Source: a virus
IMG/VR virus record: IMGVR_UViG_3300044742_000148
Direction: 5' to 3' (one strand)
DNA: 56,995 bases
The notes under the pieces: model-generated
Database searches by the model: none
The model's input: the letters and a program-made list of their open reading frames with translations, nothing else
Told to the model about the DNA's origin: nothing
Shown: positions 34,805-42,726 of the stretch, piece by piece
Layout of the letters: each line of letters starts with the position of its first letter
Numbering within the stretch: the stretch's first letter is position 1
Translations under genes and position numbers: made by a program

Positions 34805-35814
34805 GCGACGTCTCCGCCAGCGACCTGTCCTCCACCGACCGTGGGGGCGTGCTCGAGAACGACCTCACCATGGACGAGCAGGGTGGGGGCGGAGGGGGCT
34901 GCCCGCCGGGGGAGGAGTGTCTGCCCGACGACTTCATTGACCCTGACGACTGCCCGGGCTGCCCTGATGGGGAGGAGTGCCTCCCGTCCAACTTCGTGGA
35001 GCCCTGCCCCGAGGGCCAGGAGTGCCTGCCGTCAGACTTCATCGACCCGGACGACTGCCCGGGCTGCGTGGGCGACTACGTGCCTTTCTGTCTCAACGAG
35101 AACGCCGACGACGTTGACACGCTGATCCTGGCGCTGACCCCGTTCGCCTACTACCCCATGGACGACGCCTCGGGGCTGATCCAGGACGCCTCGGGCAACG
35201 GCAACCACGCCACGGCCGCCCAGGGGACCGCCGCCTACGCCCAGGCGCCGATCACCTCCAAGGTCGGCAACTCGATCCGCTTCGACGGGCAGGGCTTCAC
35301 GATCCCCAAGCCTCAGGCGACGCTGGGCGGTGGGGCCGCCTGGTCGTTCATCTGGCTCCAGCTCATCACCGTATGGCACGGCACCGGCTCGACAGCCGAG
35401 GCGCCCGTCCCCTTCGGCGTATCTCAGTCCTCCAACAGTGACGCCCTCACGCTCATCCTCGCCGGGGGCGACCTGTACGTGATCTTCGCCCAGGATGGCG
35501 CTCAGAACTACGCCAGCTACTTCCCCGAGGCCGACCTCGTCGGACGTGTGGCAGTGATCGCCCTCGTGTGCAACGGGGACAACCAGCCGCAGATGTACGT
35601 CGATGGCGTCCGCTGGGGTGCCACTCAGACAGCGGGCGCAGGCTCGGGAAACGATCTTCGCATCGGCTCTATGAGCGACGGCTTCTGGGGCCACTCCGAT
35701 ATGCGGATGTCGAACCTCGCCTCGTTCGACCGGGGGCTCACCCACGCCGAGGTTCTGTCCATCACCGAGGCCCTGCACGACGCCGCCTCCCTGGCGGCCT
35801 GCCTAGTCCCCTGA
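34801..35814 (+). CDS. LamG/ConA-like lectin-domain protein with N-terminal Cys-rich repeats
   Basis: GTG 34801 in a GTGA overlap. Three C-P-x-G-E/Q-E-C-L-P-x-x-F repeats. C-terminal PMDDASGLIQDASGNGNHAT...SIRFDGQG is LamG_3-like. Confidence 0.65.
   Translation: MSDVSASDLSSTDRGGVLENDLTMDEQGGGGGGCPPGEECLPDDFIDPDDCPGCPDGEECLPSNFVEPCPEGQECLPSDFIDPDDCPGCVGDYVPFCLNENADDVDTLILALTPFAYYPMDDASGLIQDASGNGNHATAAQGTAAYAQAPITSKVGNSIRFDGQGFTIPKPQATLGGGAAWSFIWLQLITVWHGTGSTAEAPVPFGVSQSSNSDALTLILAGGDLYVIFAQDGAQNYASYFPEADLVGRVAVIALVCNGDNQPQMYVDGVRWGATQTAGAGSGNDLRIGSMSDGFWGHSDMRMSNLASFDRGLTHAEVLSITEALHDAASLAACLVP
34900..35067 (+). repeat. Three coding repeats of a ~15-aa Cys-rich module (CPxGEECLPxxF[IV][DE]P), two followed by DDCPGC
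   Basis: Read from the translation of 34801..35814 (Cys34 to Cys89). Confidence 0.8.
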
Positions 35815-35899
35815 CCGCCTACCGACCACCCAACGTGACGGCCCGCCCGCCACGTGCCATAGTCCCGAAACCACCAAACACGCCATCAAGGAGTGACCT

Positions 35900-36541
35900 G
35901 TGCCCGAACATTGCTTGCCCCAGGTCCAAGCCATTGCGATGCGGGTGACTGCGCTCGACCTGTCGGGCGTCCCGCTTCCGGGCACGGACACCATGATCGT
36001 CAGCAACGCCCTGTCGTCGCTGGCCGTCTCGCCCGTCTACACCGACGGTGACGAGATCGAGGAGAAGGGCGCCAACGGTGGCGTCTGCGTGAACTACCGG
36101 AGCGCCGACACCTTCAAGCGCCTCGACCTCACCCTCACCCTGTGCACCCCTGACCCGTACCTGGAGGCCGCCATCTCCGGCGGAGACGTCCTGGAGGCCG
36201 GGGGCCTCGTGGGCTTCGCCGCCCCGCCGCTGGGCATCGTGACGGGTGCCGGTGTGAGCATCGAGCTCTGGGCTCTCCGCATCGACAACGGCGCCCTGGA
36301 CGTGGACTCCCCGTACGCCTGGCACGTCTACCCGAGGGTGCAGAACCTGCGCCTCGGCGACTACACCCATCAGAACGGCGCCCTGCTGCCCGTGTTCTCG
36401 GGGCAGGCCGTGGAGAACCCCAACTGGTTCGACGGCCCGGGCAACGACTGGCCCGCCACCAGCGACCGGGTGCACCAGTGGATCGAGACTGCGAGCTACC
36501 CGACGCCTGTCTGCGGGTACACCGAGCTCGTCGCCAGCTAG
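35900..36541 (+). CDS. Abundant virion structural protein (major tail tube-like; assignment uncertain)
   Basis: RBS aaggag before GTG 35900. 213 aa. A 15-bp perfect hairpin follows. RVTALDLSGVP...GVCVNY resembles actinophage major tail proteins from memory. Confidence 0.5.
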   Translation: MPEHCLPQVQAIAMRVTALDLSGVPLPGTDTMIVSNALSSLAVSPVYTDGDEIEEKGANGGVCVNYRSADTFKRLDLTLTLCTPDPYLEAAISGGDVLEAGGLVGFAAPPLGIVTGAGVSIELWALRIDNGALDVDSPYAWHVYPRVQNLRLGDYTHQNGALLPVFSGQAVENPNWFDGPGNDWPATSDRVHQWIETASYPTPVCGYTELVAS

Positions 36542-36551
36542 ACCTGTCCCA

Positions 36552-36592
36552 GAGCTCCGGCCCGGGCCCAAACGCCTCCCGGGCCGGAGCTC
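36552..36592 (+). terminator. 15-bp perfect inverted repeat hairpin
   Basis: gagctccggcccggg (36552..36566), an 11-nt loop, then cccgggccggagctc (36578..36592). No U-tract follows. Confidence 0.55.
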
Positions 36593-36614
36593 GTGACCGT
36601 GGGAGACTGAGACG

Positions 36615-37400
36615 ATGCCGGGCACCTGCGCACCCTGGGCGACCCTCGCCGACGTCTGCTCGCCCTGCGACGACTACGAGTTCGACGCCGGGCTGCTCGG
36701 CGACACACTCCAGTGGGCCAGCGACATCCTGTTCAACCTGACCAAGCGCCGCTGGTCCGGGAGCTGTGAGCAGACGGTCCGCCCGTGCACGGGCCTCGAC
36801 CGCTACCGCTGGGCGCCGACCGGCCAGTACTTCTGCGGTTGTTCCACGTGGAACAGCTGCGGGTGCTCGACTTGGAGCGAGCTGATCCTGCCCGTGTACC
36901 CCGTCACCGAGGTCACGGCCATGATCGACGGCGTGGCCGTGGACGCCGCCCGCATGCGGATCGATGACGGCTTCAAGCTCGTGTGGCTGCCCGACGAGAC
37001 GGACCCGGGCTCCCGGCAGGGGTGGCCGTGCTGCCAGCGGGTAGACGCCCCCCCGACGGAGGAGGGCACGTACGAGCTGACGATCACCTACGGCGAGGAG
37101 CCGCCCATCGGGGGCGTCATGAGCGCCGCCATCCTCGGCTGCCAGCTCGCCCTCGGCTGCCAGCCCGAGACGATCGGGGCGTGCCGCCTCCCCAAGCGGG
37201 TGACCGCCATCACCCGCCAGGGCGTGACGGTGGCCGCCGTGCTCGACCCTCTGGAGCTGTTCGCCAAGGGCCTGACGGGGCTCCCCGAGGTGGACCTGTG
37301 GGTGCAGTCCGAGAACCTGGGGCAGGCGTCCAGGGGGGCGACGATCTTCCAGCCCGGCCAGCGGACCCGACAGTCGTACCGGCGCCCGGGGAGCTTCTGA
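36615..37400 (+). CDS. Head-to-tail adaptor (putative)
   Basis: MPGTCAPWATLADVCSPCDDYEFD...TVRPCTG...PVYPVTEVTAMIDGV matches the actinophage adaptor pattern as I remember it. Confidence 0.55.
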   Translation: MPGTCAPWATLADVCSPCDDYEFDAGLLGDTLQWASDILFNLTKRRWSGSCEQTVRPCTGLDRYRWAPTGQYFCGCSTWNSCGCSTWSELILPVYPVTEVTAMIDGVAVDAARMRIDDGFKLVWLPDETDPGSRQGWPCCQRVDAPPTEEGTYELTITYGEEPPIGGVMSAAILGCQLALGCQPETIGACRLPKRVTAITRQGVTVAAVLDPLELFAKGLTGLPEVDLWVQSENLGQASRGATIFQPGQRTRQSYRRPGSF

Positions 37401-37436
37401 CCGGGAAAGTTTCCGCATCTGGGCAGGTTCGGGGGC

Positions 37437-37468
37437 GTAGACGGAGCGGCTAATCGCTGTTAGTCTGG
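37437..37468 (+). promoter_or_regulatory. Phage promoter/operator motif copy G
   Basis: GTAGAC-N6-GCTAATCGCTGTTAGTCTGG (one-base-shorter spacer, variant centre). Confidence 0.55.
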
Positions 37469-37660
37469 ACCTGTCGCAAAGAGCTCCCGCCCCCGGCCCG
37501 TAACGGAGGCCGAGGCACCACCCGGTCGGTAACGCAGACCGGGAAGGGGGCTCCGAGCGGCCCGACCCCGAGGGGCGGCAGGGACGCCGGATGCAAACTG
37601 CCTGCGTGACCCGCCCCGGGGGGCCGGACCCCAACCCAGCACGAGGCCAGGAGGCCCACC
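37469..37660 (+). promoter_or_regulatory. ~190-nt structured 5' leader with twin hairpins that display GTAACG loops
   Basis: Hairpins are cggcc-cgtaacgga-ggccg (37494..37512) and cccggtc-ggtaacgca-gaccggg (37521..37543). RBS aggagg precedes ATG 37661. Confidence 0.4.
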
Positions 37661-38134
37661 ATGAGCAAGACCCAGCCCACCCTCACCATCACCGTCCCCG
37701 GCCGCTTCCTCATGGCGGAGGCCCCCAAGGGCGCCAAGGTCGTCAAGCCCGGCACCCGCCAGTCCACGGTCGAGTTCACCTCGGCGCAGCTGATCGAGTT
37801 CATGGCGAAGGCGGCCCACTTCGCCAACCACAAGAACTTCAGCCCGGTCCCGGCCGACCTGTGGCCGGTCATCGACTCGGCCCGCAACACGGTCAAGGCG
37901 CTCGACGCCAACGCCGCTGTGGCGGAGTTCCTCGGCATCCAGGGCCCCGTCGTTCCCCGGACGGCCCCGGCCCCCGAGGTCATCGAGGTCCCCGAGTCGA
38001 TCACCATCGTGGTCGAGACGCCGGACCCGGCCCCCGAGGTTGGCGACATCGACCCGGTCGCAGTGAAGCGGGCTGCCCGCAACGCCGCAGCCCGTGAGCG
38101 CCGTGCAGCCAAGAAGGCGAAGGCGAACGCCTGA
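37661..38134 (+). CDS. Hypothetical protein with a basic Ala/Lys-rich C-terminus
   Basis: ORF 37661..38134. RBS caggagg. Confidence 0.65.
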   Translation: MSKTQPTLTITVPGRFLMAEAPKGAKVVKPGTRQSTVEFTSAQLIEFMAKAAHFANHKNFSPVPADLWPVIDSARNTVKALDANAAVAEFLGIQGPVVPRTAPAPEVIEVPESITIVVETPDPAPEVGDIDPVAVKRAARNAAARERRAAKKAKANA

Positions 38135-38210
38135 CCCTCAGGGGGGGAGACCTCGCCGGGTGCGGGAAACGCCCCGGGGCAGGAAGGCTCCCCCCCACCT
38201 GGTCCAAGCA

Positions 38211-38254
38211 GCGCCCCCCGTCCACACCAGGGCCGGGGGGCGCTCTGCGTTCTC
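38211..38254 (+). terminator. Intrinsic terminator candidate
   Basis: 10-bp stem gcgccccccg/cggggggcgc (38211..38243) followed by tctgcgttctc. Confidence 0.5.
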
Positions 38255-38260
38255 GGGGCC

Positions 38261-38281
38261 GCTAACCCCGGTAACGTCTGG
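38261..38281 (+). promoter_or_regulatory. Degenerate promoter motif copy I (leaderless configuration)
   Basis: GCTAACCCCGGTAACGTCTGG. The -10-like ACGTCT at 38274..38279 lies 6 nt before ATG 38286. Confidence 0.4.
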
Positions 38282-38285
38282 CGCC

Positions 38286-40052
38286 ATGCGCATCGCCTAC
38301 ATCGGCAACTTCACCCGCCCCTGGTGCACCGAGGTCCACGTGGCCGCCGCCCTCACCGAGCTCGGCCACAGCGTGGTCCGTCTCCAGGAGAACCGCACCC
38401 AGCTCGACCAGCAGACCAAGGCCCTGCTCCACGGGGGCAACCGGCCGGGCCGCCTCGGGCAGGCGCCCCCGGACCTGTTCATCTGGACTCGCACGTGGGG
38501 CGTGCCGCCCGCCCAGGCGAACGGGATGCTGGAACAGCTGCGGGCCGCCGGGGTGCCCATCGTGTCGTTCCACCTGGACCGCTACCTCGGCATCGAGCGT
38601 GAGGGGATGGTGGACTCGGAGCCGTTCTTCCGGACGGACCTCCTGTTCACGCCCGACTCGGGCGACTGGGCCGCCCACGGTGTGCGGGCCCACTGGATGC
38701 CGCCGGGGGTGGACCGGGCCGAGGCCAACGCCGTGTACCGGCCGAACCCCAAGCGGTGGCCGTGGAAGGTGGTCATGGTCGGGAGCTTCCCGTACCCGCA
38801 CCCCGACTGGCACCCGGTACGAGCGGAGGTCGTCTCTCATCTGAGAGCCCGTTACGGAGACGCCTTCGCCGTGCTGCCCGCCGATCAGGGGGGCCGACCG
38901 ATCCGCAACGCCGACCTGGGGGAGCTCTACGCCACCGTGCCGGTGGTGGTGGGCGACAGCTGCTGGGCCGGGATGGCCGACGACCCGGGCGGCTACTGGT
39001 CCGACAGGGTGACCGAGACGCTGGGCCGGGGCGGCTACCTCATCCACCCGCACAGCGCCAAGCTCGCCGAGATGTACCCCGACCTCGCCCTCTACAGCCT
39101 GGGCAACATGGACGAGCTCGGCACGCTGATTGACGAGGTGCTGGAGCCCCCGAACGACCTGATCGCTGCCGCTGTGGCGAGGGCCCGGGTCCGCAACAGG
39201 GAGCTCGTGCTCGGCCGGGACACCTACGCCCACCGCATGGAGGAGCTTCTGGTCACAGCGATGGACGCCGCCCAGATCAGGGAAGCGTCCCGGCCTGTGC
39301 CGCCAGCCCCTCCGCCGAGGGCCCTGAGGAGGGCCCCTCGTGTGCCGGAGAGCCCCGAGGTCGCCGCCGCTGCCCAGACGGTCACTGGCACCTACCGGCC
39401 CCGCAGGCTGCGTCATACGTTCCGCTGGGCTGAGGGCGTCTCCGACAGCCACGCCGTCAAGGAGGTGTGGGACAACGACGACTACGGGATGGCCGGGCTT
39501 CCGCTGGCCGGGGCGACCGTCATCGACGTCGGCGCCAACCTGGGCGCCTTCTCCGTGCTGGCGGCCATGCTCGGCGCCCGAGACGTGCACGCCTACGAGC
39601 CTCACCCGGAGACGTTCGCCTGCCTGCTCGAGAACGTGGCGGCCTGCAGGGTGGCGAACAGGATCACGTGCCACAACCACGCCGTGGGGGGCTGGGCCCG
39701 GGTGGATGCGCTGGTGGGCTCTGGGGGTGGCGCTCACATCGGGGCCGGGGTGGACGGGCCCGAGGTGGCTGTGCTCGACATCTCGGCCGTGCTGGAGCCG
39801 GTCCAGGGGGAGGTCGTTCTGAAGCTGGACTGCGAGGGCTCCGAGTACGAGATCATCGACGGGCTGGCCGACGCTGACTGGGCGAAGGTCAAGGCGGTGG
39901 TGATGGAGTGGCACGGGCCCGGCATGCCCCACCTGGCCCACATCGACCTCGACCGCTGGGGGCCGATGGTCCAGCGTCTGGCCGACCACGGGGCGTTGAC
40001 GATCAAGGGCCACCCGCATCTGGGTGGGCTTCTGTGGTGCAGGAGGTACTGA
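38286..40052 (+). CDS. Fusion of a CgeB-like glycosyltransferase domain and an FkbM-family methyltransferase domain
   Basis: Internal ATG 38286 of ORF 38094..40052. The N-terminal part ends ...DRVTETLGRGGYLIHP...RDTYAHRMEELL. The C-terminal part has VIDVGANLGAFSV...MEWHG. Confidence 0.7.
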   Translation: MRIAYIGNFTRPWCTEVHVAAALTELGHSVVRLQENRTQLDQQTKALLHGGNRPGRLGQAPPDLFIWTRTWGVPPAQANGMLEQLRAAGVPIVSFHLDRYLGIEREGMVDSEPFFRTDLLFTPDSGDWAAHGVRAHWMPPGVDRAEANAVYRPNPKRWPWKVVMVGSFPYPHPDWHPVRAEVVSHLRARYGDAFAVLPADQGGRPIRNADLGELYATVPVVVGDSCWAGMADDPGGYWSDRVTETLGRGGYLIHPHSAKLAEMYPDLALYSLGNMDELGTLIDEVLEPPNDLIAAAVARARVRNRELVLGRDTYAHRMEELLVTAMDAAQIREASRPVPPAPPPRALRRAPRVPESPEVAAAAQTVTGTYRPRRLRHTFRWAEGVSDSHAVKEVWDNDDYGMAGLPLAGATVIDVGANLGAFSVLAAMLGARDVHAYEPHPETFACLLENVAACRVANRITCHNHAVGGWARVDALVGSGGGAHIGAGVDGPEVAVLDISAVLEPVQGEVVLKLDCEGSEYEIIDGLADADWAKVKAVVMEWHGPGMPHLAHIDLDRWGPMVQRLADHGALTIKGHPHLGGLLWCRRY

Positions 40053-40324
40053 TGCTGGGGCGTGTGGCGCTGGTGAAGGTGCGGGCGACCGCCGAGAGCG
40101 TGGATCCGGAGACGGGGGTGCGCCGCTTCTGGCGGATCGAGTCTCGCCGGGCGCACCTGGAGGAGACCATGGTGGGGCAGATGGGCGGTTGGCCCGAGAT
40201 GGTGCTCTCCCTGGGCGTGGCCAGCTTCTACCAGGCCTCGGGCGTTACGCCCGACTGCACGTTCGCCTGGGCGGAGGACGAGGCCACCTTGGCCGAGCAC
40301 TTCCCCTGGCACGAGGAGGGCTGA
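40052..40324 (+). CDS. Hypothetical protein
   Basis: ATG 40052 in a TGATG overlap. Internal start of ORF 39908..40324. Confidence 0.55.
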   Translation: MLGRVALVKVRATAESVDPETGVRRFWRIESRRAHLEETMVGQMGGWPEMVLSLGVASFYQASGVTPDCTFAWAEDEATLAEHFPWHEEG

Positions 40325-40345
40325 TGATGCCTGTACTGATGGAGC

Positions 40346-40501
40346 GTGACCGACGAGGAGCTCCAGGCGATGGGCGACTACTGCATGGCGCTGCTGGAGG
40401 AGGGAGGCCGGGTCGAGGAGGTCTACTGGCTGCTGGTGGAGGCCCGGGAGAGGGGGAGCTGGCGTGGACCCTCTGATGATCGTGAGCCCCCACCTGGATG
40501 A
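40346..40501 (+). CDS. Possible small protein (below the ORF-track cut-off)
   Basis: Hand translation: VTDEELQAMGDYCMALLEEGGRVEEVYWLLVEARERGSW... GC3 is high up to about 40460. ATG 40370 is an alternative start, preceded by gaggag. Confidence 0.35.
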   Translation: MTDEELQAMGDYCMALLEEGGRVEEVYWLLVEARERGSWRGPSDDREPPPG

Positions 40502-41138
40502 CGCCGTGCTGTCCTGCGGGCAGCTGATGGCCGGAAGGCCCGACTGCGTGGTGGTGACCGTGTTCGCCGGGGCGCCGCTCAACGTGCAGACCACCCCCTA
40601 CGACGAGGCGTGCGGCTTCCGGGACAGCGACGAGGCGCTGACGCTCCGCCGGGACGAGGACGCCGAGGCGTGCGCCCGTCTCGGGGCGACACCGATCCAT
40701 CTGGACTTCCCTGACGGCCAGTACGAGCCCAAGCAAGAGCTCCTGTTCCACATCACCGACAAGCTCCTGCGGACGTGGGAGGCGCTGGGGCGCCCCCCAG
40801 TGCTCGGCCCGGCCGGGCTGATGCACCCCGACCACGAGCAGGTCGCCGCCGCCTGCATCAGGGCGTTCGGCTGGCAGGCCCGCTGCCCGGAGCTGTACGT
40901 CTACGAGGAGCTTCCCGCCCGGGTGCTGTGGCCGGAGAGCGTGGAGCCCGCTCTGACCCGCTGGGAAGTGGGCACGGTGCACCATTACGCCCCGGGCTTC
41001 CTCGGCACCGGGTCCAAGGTCCGCAAGGCGGCCGCCATCAGGGCCTACCGTAGCCAGATGCCTCAGATCGCCCCGCTGGGGGATGGCGCCGGGCGGACGT
41101 GCCTGTTCGTTCCCGAGCGCTACTGGAGGCCGTCATGA
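40476..41138 (+). CDS. PIG-L/LmbE-family deacetylase
   Basis: MIVSPHLDDAVLSCG (PHxDD), RRDEDAEACARLG and HPDHEQV. GTG 40464 is an alternative start. Confidence 0.8.
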   Translation: MIVSPHLDDAVLSCGQLMAGRPDCVVVTVFAGAPLNVQTTPYDEACGFRDSDEALTLRRDEDAEACARLGATPIHLDFPDGQYEPKQELLFHITDKLLRTWEALGRPPVLGPAGLMHPDHEQVAAACIRAFGWQARCPELYVYEELPARVLWPESVEPALTRWEVGTVHHYAPGFLGTGSKVRKAAAIRAYRSQMPQIAPLGDGAGRTCLFVPERYWRPS

Positions 41139-41686
41139 TCCGGCTCAACGTGGGCTGCGGGCTCGACGTGCGAGACGGCTGGGTCAATGTCGATCTTGGC
41201 TCGTGGGACTACGACCCGGAGGGGCCCGACGCCGACCTGGGGCCCCGGCTCGTGCTGCCGCCCGGGGTGCTCTACGCCGACGCCGCCGAGGACCTCGGGG
41301 AGTGGCACGGCCGGTGCGAGACGGTCCTGCTCAACCACGTCCTCCACATGCTCCCCTACGACCAGGCCGACGTGGCGCTCGACCAGTGCGCCCGATGCCT
41401 GGCGCCGGGGGGCGAGCTCGTCATCGTGGAGGCAGACGTCCTGGGCGTCATCGGTGGGCCGAGGGCCAACTGGCCTGTCGCCGAGCTCGTCGCCGACGAC
41501 GTGGAGCCGACGGTGCAGGGCAAGTTGCTCCGGTGGGCCGTCTGGCACGGCACCCGCCGCTCGCTGTGGAGCGTGGAGAGCCTGATCGAGCGGCTGACCC
41601 GCCGGGGCCTGGAGGCCGACGAGACGGAGGCCATCTGGGGCCGGGAGGCCGAGTCGTTCGCCGTGTTCGGGGCCCGGCCCGAGTGA
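41135..41686 (+). CDS. Class I SAM-dependent methyltransferase
   Basis: ATG 41135 in an ATGA overlap. Motif I LNVGCGLD. Post-I/II region LAPGGELVIVE. Confidence 0.65.
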   Translation: MIRLNVGCGLDVRDGWVNVDLGSWDYDPEGPDADLGPRLVLPPGVLYADAAEDLGEWHGRCETVLLNHVLHMLPYDQADVALDQCARCLAPGGELVIVEADVLGVIGGPRANWPVAELVADDVEPTVQGKLLRWAVWHGTRRSLWSVESLIERLTRRGLEADETEAIWGREAESFAVFGARPE

Positions 41687-42726
41687 AGGTCGGGCTCGTC
41701 GTCCGGGCGGACAACCGAGGCCTCGGGAACGTGACGTGGGAGGCCGCCCGCCACCTCGACGTAGACCGCATCCTCATCGTTCGCATGGGGGGCTCCCAGG
41801 CGTTCGGGGGCTGGCACCCGGAGCGGTACGAGGGGCTGGCCCGCTGGGTGATCACGCTGCCGTTCGACGGCCACCAGCTCGACAAGCGCCACGTGGTCAA
41901 CTGGCTGGACGGCCTCGACGTGGCGTACAGCGCCGAGACGTTCTACGACTGGCGGATGGTCGAGTGGGCCCGAGAGCTCGGCGTGGGGACCGTCTGCCAC
42001 GTGATGCCCGAGTTCTTCAAGCACCACCGGCAGAAGGACTTGCCGCCACCGACGGCGTGGTGGGCGCCGACGCCGTGGCGTCTCGACCAGCTGCCGAACA
42101 GCACCCGGCTGGTGCCGGTGCCGGTGGCGCTGGACCGCTTCCCCGACGCCTACGAGCCGTACACGGGCGGAGAGCTCCGGGTGCTCCACCCGGCCGGGAA
42201 GCTCGCCATGGCCGACCGGAACGGCACCCGTCTCCTGCTGATGACGCTGCGCCGAGCGAAGCGCCCGATGACCGTGACGGTCCTGAGCCAGGACGGGCAG
42301 GTGCCCGCCTACCGGCAGGTCACCCGGCACATCACCCTCGACGTGGTGAAGGGCGACCGGCCGCACTACTGGGACGGCTACTACGGCCACCACCTGTGCG
42401 TCATTCCCCGCCAGTACGGAGGGCTGTGCCTGCCCGCCCAGGAGGCCGCCGCCGCCGGGCTGCCGCTGATGATGACGGACTGCTCGCCGAACGACTGGTA
42501 CCCGGCCGAGCTCCTACCGGCCACGCTGACCGGAGCTGTGGGCGCCCCCTGTGGGCCGCTGGCCACGTACCGGCCCGACCCCATGAAGCTCGCCGCCCGT
42601 CTCGACGCCATCACCGCCGACGAGCTCGGGGACCTCGCATGGCAGTCGTTCGCCTGGGCCCAGGCCCACTCGTGGGAGGCGCTGCACGAGCTCTGGCTCG
42701 CCGAGCTCGCTCTGGCCGCCGGGTGA
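41683..42726 (+). CDS. GT-B fold glycosyltransferase (GT4-like)
   Basis: GTG 41683 in a GTGA overlap. GGLCLPAQEAAAAGLPLMMTD resembles the GT1/GT4 donor-binding region. Confidence 0.6.
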   Translation: MKVGLVVRADNRGLGNVTWEAARHLDVDRILIVRMGGSQAFGGWHPERYEGLARWVITLPFDGHQLDKRHVVNWLDGLDVAYSAETFYDWRMVEWARELGVGTVCHVMPEFFKHHRQKDLPPPTAWWAPTPWRLDQLPNSTRLVPVPVALDRFPDAYEPYTGGELRVLHPAGKLAMADRNGTRLLLMTLRRAKRPMTVTVLSQDGQVPAYRQVTRHITLDVVKGDRPHYWDGYYGHHLCVIPRQYGGLCLPAQEAAAAGLPLMMTDCSPNDWYPAELLPATLTGAVGAPCGPLATYRPDPMKLAARLDAITADELGDLAWQSFAWAQAHSWEALHELWLAELALAAG

